A program made the position numbers and the translations under genes. A stretch of DNA of 52,271 nucleotides from NCBI GenBank assembly GCA_027491735.1, contig JAOZGP010000017.1, forward strand, positions 1-52,271, in the 5' to 3' direction. A model generated the notes under the pieces. It worked only from the letters and a program-made list of their open reading frames with translations, was not told the origin of the DNA and made no database searches. Source of the stretch: Thermoproteota archaeon (GTDB lineage: Archaea > Korarchaeota > Korarchaeia > Korarchaeales > Korarchaeaceae). Shown piece after piece: positions 47,005 to 52,271 of the stretch (position 1 is the stretch's first letter; each line of letters begins with the position of its first letter).

Positions 47005-48021
47005 ATGAATGATAGAGGAGAAAAAACAAAAAGGGAAATTTTAGAGCAGCCAACTGCCTTCAGGAGAACAATTGAGTCCATAAGGAAAAGTGTTAGACGG
47101 GCAGCTGAGTCTTTAACCGATAAATTCGTCTATGCCAGTGGAAGTGGGACAAGCTACCATGCCTCCTTGGTCTTCCAGAGGAGCATGTCCAAAATCGCTG
47201 GAGGACGAGTAACATGTATACCGGCATCAGAACTACCATTCTGGCTTCCCGAGGAGCTTTCTGAAACCGCTTTAGTTACTTATAGCCAGAGCGGAGAGAG
47301 CACTGACATAGTAAGTGCTGTGAAGTTCTTTAGGGAGAGGGGAGGGCATCTCGTGGTTGGAATAACAAACGTTGAGGGAAGCACCTTAGATAAGATCTCC
47401 GACATCTCTGTGATCACGAGAGCGGGGAAAGAGGAGAGCATTGCTGCCACAAAGACGTACACCTCCCAGCTGGCTGCTACTTTATTGCTTAGCATTGAAA
47501 TAGGAGAGTTACGCGGTAAAGATCTCTCGGATCTGAGATCGGAGCTTGCATCTGTCGATCTGAAGATGAGAGAGGTTCTCAAAAATATTTTTGAGAGGAC
47601 TATGACTGTAGCGGAGGCCATTAAGGACATGAACGTCGGTTTCGTTCTGGGATCTGGAGCTAACTATCCCACAGCCCTGGAGGGAGCACTCAAACTTAGA
47701 GAGACGGCAAACCTCTACTATGAGGGCTTTGCCGCTAGAGAGTTTCTTCACGGTCCTATACAGCTTGTCTCTGATAGAACACCCGTTTTGGCCATCTTGC
47801 CAAGTCGGTTTAAGGAGGTCCTCAGGAAAGTACGTTCTTATGGAGCTCCTGTTGTTCGTATCGGATTTGATCATGAGGACGAGCTCAGGATACCACGGAT
47901 CTCTGAGGAGCTCTCACCCATCATAGCTGTGATTCCTCTGCAGACCTTGGCCTATAGCTTATCTATATTAAGAGGTTTGAACCCAGATAGACCGGAGAAG
48001 TTGAGCAAGGTGGTGAAATAG
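47005..48021 (+). CDS. Double SIS-domain sugar-phosphate isomerase/deaminase (GlmS isomerase-domain-like)
   Basis: EILEQP, GSGTSYH, SQSGES, ATKTY, EGALKLRE, EFLHGP, GLNPDRP..LSKVV; no glutaminase domain. Confidence 0.9.
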   Translation: MNDRGEKTKREILEQPTAFRRTIESIRKSVRRAAESLTDKFVYASGSGTSYHASLVFQRSMSKIAGGRVTCIPASELPFWLPEELSETALVTYSQSGESTDIVSAVKFFRERGGHLVVGITNVEGSTLDKISDISVITRAGKEESIAATKTYTSQLAATLLLSIEIGELRGKDLSDLRSELASVDLKMREVLKNIFERTMTVAEAIKDMNVGFVLGSGANYPTALEGALKLRETANLYYEGFAAREFLHGPIQLVSDRTPVLAILPSRFKEVLRKVRSYGAPVVRIGFDHEDELRIPRISEELSPIIAVIPLQTLAYSLSILRGLNPDRPEKLSKVVK

Positions 48022-48660
48022 ATGTTGGTCATATTTGATATCGATGACGTTCTTTATGACGCATCCCTTCTAAAAAGAGTGGCCAGAGAGAGAGCCATTC
48101 TTTCCATGATAGATTCTGGTCTACCCGTGGACTTTGAAACAGCCATGAAGGTGCTCAGATCTATAATTAAAGAGAAGGGAGAAGATTACAGTGAGCATTT
48201 CAATGAGCTGTTGAGGAGACTTCATGTTAAGGAGTCAGCTAAGATAGTTGCTGCTGGAGTCGTGGCCTATCATAACGCTAAATTTGCCTTCTTGGAACCC
48301 CTTCCTAGAGTTGTTGAAACCCTGGTGAAGTTGCGCGATGAGGGCATCGAGTTGGGAGTAGCTTCCATCGGTAGAGCAGTTAAGGACTGGGAAAAGCTCA
48401 TCAGACTGAACCTCCATCACCTGTTTCACAGGAGCTGGGTAGGCCTTCGTTCCTGGGAGGAGATACTTATTTACGTTAGCAAAGGAGTCTTGGTGACCGC
48501 TGATCCCTCGGCGGTGGATATACTTCACGGATCTGGAATAAAGGTCATCAGGGTTATGAGGGGGAATAGATCATTCATAAGAACACAGCATCCTCCACTC
48601 AAGGAGGTGAAGCATACGTGCGAGGTGCTGAAGGCGATAGAAAGCCTTACAGAAGGGTAG
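48022..48660 (+). CDS. HAD-superfamily hydrolase
   Basis: FDIDDVLY motif I; AAGVVAYH and WEKLIRL segments of an archaeal HAD subfamily. Confidence 0.85.
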   Translation: MLVIFDIDDVLYDASLLKRVARERAILSMIDSGLPVDFETAMKVLRSIIKEKGEDYSEHFNELLRRLHVKESAKIVAAGVVAYHNAKFAFLEPLPRVVETLVKLRDEGIELGVASIGRAVKDWEKLIRLNLHHLFHRSWVGLRSWEEILIYVSKGVLVTADPSAVDILHGSGIKVIRVMRGNRSFIRTQHPPLKEVKHTCEVLKAIESLTEG

Positions 48661-49100
48661 TTGTTGGAGGGACTTTCGACAGACTCCATAAGGGACACAG
48701 GCTTCTGCTCACTGTGGCTGCTGACTTAGCTGATGAATTGCTTGTTGGTCTTGCAAATGGGCCTCTGCTGAGTGGTAAGAGATTTAGAGAGCTTATCGAG
48801 CCATATGAGATCAGAAAGCGTAAAGTGGAGGAGTTTCTGATGAATCTGGGCGTTAAATTTGAGATAGTTAGAATAACAGACCCTATAGGTCCTGCCGCAA
48901 CGTGCGATGCCGATGCCATAGTGGTCTCCGAGGAGACTGCTGACAGAGCCGAAGAGACCAACAGGATAAGGAGATCCATGGGAAAGAAGGAACTGGATGT
49001 GATAGTCGTTCCTCTTGTTCTGGCCCAGGACGGACAACCCATAAGATCTTGGAGGATAAGGGCTGGAGAAATAAGTCCAAAAGGCATTATTAAGGGTTAG
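48618..49100 (+). CDS. coaD: Phosphopantetheine adenylyltransferase (archaeal/eukaryotic type)
   Basis: VGGTFDRLHKGH, EPYEIR, DPIGPA, IVVSEET, IRAGEI..G. Confidence 0.92.
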   Translation: MRGAEGDRKPYRRVVVGGTFDRLHKGHRLLLTVAADLADELLVGLANGPLLSGKRFRELIEPYEIRKRKVEEFLMNLGVKFEIVRITDPIGPAATCDADAIVVSEETADRAEETNRIRRSMGKKELDVIVVPLVLAQDGQPIRSWRIRAGEISPKGIIKG

Positions 49101-49275
49101 GAATTATTTGAGAGATTTCAGGAAGCTAGCTGCCGATCATGATATGGGATCATAGGTAATTTCTAAGTTTGAGTTAGAGATAAAAATTCAAAAAATTTGC
49201 ATTCATCCTCAAAGAGCTAACTTTTTGTATTTCTTAGCCTCCTGCTTGGTGAGGATCCTTGGGAGGTCTTTTCCC

Positions 49276-50415
49276 TTGAAAAAGGAAAAAAAATTAATGA
49301 TTGGTTATGATGCCGTGACTGACGCAGCTATACTAGCAGGTTGCCGGTTTTTTGCCGGATATCCCATAACGCCGGCCACGGAGATAGCTGAGAGGATGGC
49401 TGAAAAGCTTCCCAAATCGGGTGGAATATTCCTTCAGATGGAAGATGAGCTTGCCTCCATAAACAGCTTAATAGGCGCTTCGTGGGCTGGTTTTAAGGCC
49501 ATGACGGCAACTAGCGGACCAGGCCTCTCCCTAATGATGGAAGGTCTTGGTTACGCTGTTTTATCGGAGACCCCGATGGTCATAGTGGATGTCCAGAGGG
49601 TGGGGCCCTCCACGGGTATGGTTACCTATCCATCACAGGGAGATGTGTGTCAGGTCAGATGGGGAAGCCATGGCGACTATTCCATCATAGCAATAGCACC
49701 TGCGAGCGTACAGGACTCCTTCGACTACACCATAATGGCGTTTAACTACGCGGAGCTTTATAGAACTCCAGTAATTCTTCTTATGGATGAGGTTATAGCC
49801 CACCTTAGGGAGCCTCTCATTGTTAGGGAGGATGTAGAGATTGTTAAGAGAAAAAGACCATCCATGCCTCCGGAGGAGTTCATGCCCTTCATGCCAAAGC
49901 CAGGGGAGTACGTCCAGAGGGAGATGCCTGCTCTTGGTGAGGGATATAAGGTGATAGTAGAGAGCACGATGCATGACGAGCTCGGTTACAGAGAGAGCGA
50001 GAGCCACGAGGTAGGAAGTAGGACCATAGCCCGCCTGTGGAATAAGATAGAGAAAAACGTTGAGAAGATAGCCAAGGAGGAGTTCTACTTCATGGAAGAT
50101 GCCGAAATAGCTGTTGTTTCTTATGGTTGTCCTTTCAGGTCAGCGATAAACGCCGCAAAGACAGCCAGAAAAGAGGGGATTAACGTGGGGGTTGTGAAGA
50201 TGATAACCATCTGGCCCTTCCACGACAGCATGATAGAAAAACTAGCGGAGAAGGTCAAGGCAATAGTAGTTCCAGAGATGAACATGAGCAAGATTGTGAG
50301 AGAGGTTGCTAGGGCTGCCAAGGGGAAAGCAAAGGTTCTTGGGGTTCCGAAACTAGCTGGACAGATGCACACCCCAGAGGACATATTGGTGGCCATTAGA
50401 AGTGTGGCGAGGTGA
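49276..50415 (+). CDS. korA: 2-oxoacid:ferredoxin oxidoreductase alpha subunit
   Basis: FFAGYPITPATE, QMEDE, TATSGPG, VQRVGPSTG..T..QGD; TTG 49276 after GGAGGT. Confidence 0.93.
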   Translation: MKKEKKLMIGYDAVTDAAILAGCRFFAGYPITPATEIAERMAEKLPKSGGIFLQMEDELASINSLIGASWAGFKAMTATSGPGLSLMMEGLGYAVLSETPMVIVDVQRVGPSTGMVTYPSQGDVCQVRWGSHGDYSIIAIAPASVQDSFDYTIMAFNYAELYRTPVILLMDEVIAHLREPLIVREDVEIVKRKRPSMPPEEFMPFMPKPGEYVQREMPALGEGYKVIVESTMHDELGYRESESHEVGSRTIARLWNKIEKNVEKIAKEEFYFMEDAEIAVVSYGCPFRSAINAAKTARKEGINVGVVKMITIWPFHDSMIEKLAEKVKAIVVPEMNMSKIVREVARAAKGKAKVLGVPKLAGQMHTPEDILVAIRSVAR

Positions 50416-51278
50416 TCGTCATGGTGAGGAGAAGCCCTCCTGATTTCGCTCACTATCTGGCCAAGAAGTACATGAGAACTGAGATGCTTCCAACAGCCTT
50501 TTGTCCGGGATGTGGCCTGGGAATAATAGAAAGAGCAATCATAATGGCAATTGATGAACTTGGGAAAGATCTGTGGGAGAGAACTGTGTTCGTTTCCGGG
50601 ATAGGATGTTCGGGGTGGATACCCGTGTACTTCAAGTGCGACGTTCTCCACACCCTGCACGGGAGAGCCCTTCCAATAGCTACAGCCATAAAAGTCTGCA
50701 GACCCGAACTCAACGTCGTCGTCACCATGGGGGATGGAGATAGCATGGCCATAGGAGGTAACCACCTCATTCACGCAGCCAGAAGGAATATCGATCTAAC
50801 GGTTGTCGTCGCGAATAACATGCTCTACTCTCTGACGGGTGGACAGGTGGCTCCAACAACTCCACAGAACGTATACACAAACACAACTCCTTATGGAAAC
50901 TTCGAACCTAATTTTAACCTTATGGAACTCATGAAAGCCGCCGGAGCCACGTACTTCGCTAGATGGACAACCTGGCATTTCGTGCAGCTTAAGAACAGCA
51001 TAAAGAAAGCGATGGAGCACAGGGGATTTGCCGTTGTTGAGGTCGTGTCTCAGTGTCCGACGTATGCAGGGAGGTATATCCTGGGTAAACCGGATCCGAG
51101 AGACTTCATGGAGTGGTTCAAGGAGAACTCCGTCCCTGTAGAGAAGTCTAAAGAGATGAGCGAGGAGGAGCTCCAGGGAAAGATAGTGGTCGGTGAGTTC
51201 TTCAAGAGATCAGACAGAAGGGAATTTGCTGAGAAGGTGCACACATTGATAAGGGCTGCAAGAGGTGATTCCGGATGA
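50412..51278 (+). CDS. korB: 2-oxoacid:ferredoxin oxidoreductase beta subunit
   Basis: FCPGCG, SGIGCS, HGRA, GDGD..AIGGNH, NN..Y.LTGGQ..PTT, SQCPT. Confidence 0.94.
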   Translation: MIVMVRRSPPDFAHYLAKKYMRTEMLPTAFCPGCGLGIIERAIIMAIDELGKDLWERTVFVSGIGCSGWIPVYFKCDVLHTLHGRALPIATAIKVCRPELNVVVTMGDGDSMAIGGNHLIHAARRNIDLTVVVANNMLYSLTGGQVAPTTPQNVYTNTTPYGNFEPNFNLMELMKAAGATYFARWTTWHFVQLKNSIKKAMEHRGFAVVEVVSQCPTYAGRYILGKPDPRDFMEWFKENSVPVEKSKEMSEEELQGKIVVGEFFKRSDRREFAEKVHTLIRAARGDSG

Positions 51279-51595
51279 GGGTCAAGGAGATAAAGATCAG
51301 TGAAGATCTTTGCAAGGGCTGTTATCTCTGTGTGTGGGCGTGCCCAAGAGAAGTGCTCAAGATATCTAAGGAGAGAAACAGAAGGGGAATAAGGCCCCCC
51401 TTTCCTGCTCACCTTGATAAATGCATCGTATGCAGGTTGTGCGAGTACAGATGTCCCGATTTTGCGATACAGGTGATAACCGACGAAGATGAAAGAATGT
51501 TGGAGGGCATAAGATCTGAGGAGCTTAGGTGGTACGATAGGATAAGAAGAAGGGATGAACTCCTGGAGAAGCATGGAGTGTGGTGGTTGAGATGA
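51275..51595 (+). CDS. korD: 2-oxoacid:ferredoxin oxidoreductase delta subunit (2[4Fe-4S] ferredoxin)
   Basis: CKGCYLCVWACP and CIVCRLCEYRCPDFAI. Confidence 0.92.
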   Translation: MRVKEIKISEDLCKGCYLCVWACPREVLKISKERNRRGIRPPFPAHLDKCIVCRLCEYRCPDFAIQVITDEDERMLEGIRSEELRWYDRIRRRDELLEKHGVWWLR

Positions 51596-52149
51596 GGAAG
51601 GAAGTTTTGATCTCAGGTTTTGGTGGACAAGGAGTTGTCCTCTCCAGCGGAGTACTCGCTCAGGCGCTAATGTACAGAGGATACGAAGTCGCTGCCACCT
51701 ACAGCTATGGAGCTGCCGCCAGATTGGGCGTCACGAGAGGAGAAGTCATAATCTCCGACGACTGGATAGATTATCCCAAGGTAAAACGTCCGGACTTTTG
51801 GATTGTCATGAACCAAGCCTCTTTGAACGTTTTATCCAAGAAGTACGACATAGAGCAAGCCGTTGTTTTGGCTGATTCATCAATGATCTCCTTCCTTGAT
51901 CCAATAATCGGTAGGGCCAAGGAGATCTTTAGAATACCCGCTTCTGATCTGGCGGAGGAGTTAGGAGCTAAGGTATCCGCCAATATGCTCATGTTAGGAG
52001 CACTTCTCAAGGTGTCTGGTCTCTCTCCACTTGAGGATTTGGAGAGAAGCATAAGAGAATTGGTCAAGCCGGAGTTCATCGATGTCGACATAGAGGCTGC
52101 TAAGAAAGGTTACGAACTCATCGAAAAGGAATATGTCATCAATCAGTGA
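51580..52149 (+). CDS. korC: 2-oxoacid:ferredoxin oxidoreductase gamma subunit
   Basis: SGFGGQG, SYG..AR.G, IDYP, ANMLMLGA. Confidence 0.92.
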   Translation: MVVEMRKEVLISGFGGQGVVLSSGVLAQALMYRGYEVAATYSYGAAARLGVTRGEVIISDDWIDYPKVKRPDFWIVMNQASLNVLSKKYDIEQAVVLADSSMISFLDPIIGRAKEIFRIPASDLAEELGAKVSANMLMLGALLKVSGLSPLEDLERSIRELVKPEFIDVDIEAAKKGYELIEKEYVINQ

Positions 52150-52271
52150 ACTGCCACCGTCTAAAGACGGTGGCTTCTCCCCCCGCACGCTGTACACTTT
52201 AAGTCCCCCCTTCGGAGTGCTGTGCGCTGGAGGAGTTTGGGCTGGTTCACCGGGCTTGAGCGGTCACAGAC
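52146..52271 (-). mobile_element. IS200/IS605-family right end (omega-RNA region); element continues beyond the window
   Basis: Reverse complement GAAGCCACCGTC-TTTA-GACGGTGGCAGTTCAC: perfect 9-bp stem hairpin followed by TCAC; shares the GTCTAAAGACGG core with 40620-40631. Confidence 0.88.

Noticed and set aside
46953-47081. Apparent head-to-head overlap of the AcnX and SIS ORFs
   Set aside because: Artefact of longest-ORF starts; ATG 46952 and ATG 47005 leave a normal divergent spacer.
1-52271. CRISPR arrays, tRNA/rRNA genes, inteins in NrdD or the pilus ATPase
   Set aside because: No regularly spaced repeats, cloverleafs or intein-sized insertions seen by eye; tRNAscan-SE, Rfam and CRISPR finders would be needed for a definitive negative.

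Overview
Gene-dense archaeal chromosomal segment. GGAGGTG-type RBS, TATA promoters, crenarchaeal-type SSB and IleRS, AMP phosphorylase and a four-subunit oxoacid:ferredoxin oxidoreductase suggest a TACK-lineage thermophile, plausibly Korarchaeota; this is inference only. Contents: (i) a type IV pilus assembly locus (membrane platform, ATPase, one canonical pilin, prepilin peptidase) and, about 12 kb away, five co-oriented pilin-like genes, most lacking a canonical class III leader; (ii) a fumarase / succinate dehydrogenase / hemABL block; (iii) aspS-ileS; (iv) class III RNR and a nucleotide-salvage neighbourhood (AMP phosphorylase, udp, tmk, prs, PfkB kinase, BMP-type ABC importer); (v) a fused aconitase X with phosphomevalonate-dehydratase-like motifs, SIS, HAD, coaD and korABDC. 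Most long intergenic gaps are decayed IS607 or IS200/IS605 (TnpA/TnpB/omega-RNA) relics from at least two families, none recognisable in the ORF track. In two cases the IS right-end TCAC supplies the TGA stop codon of a convergent host gene. No CRISPR array, tRNA or rRNA was recognised.
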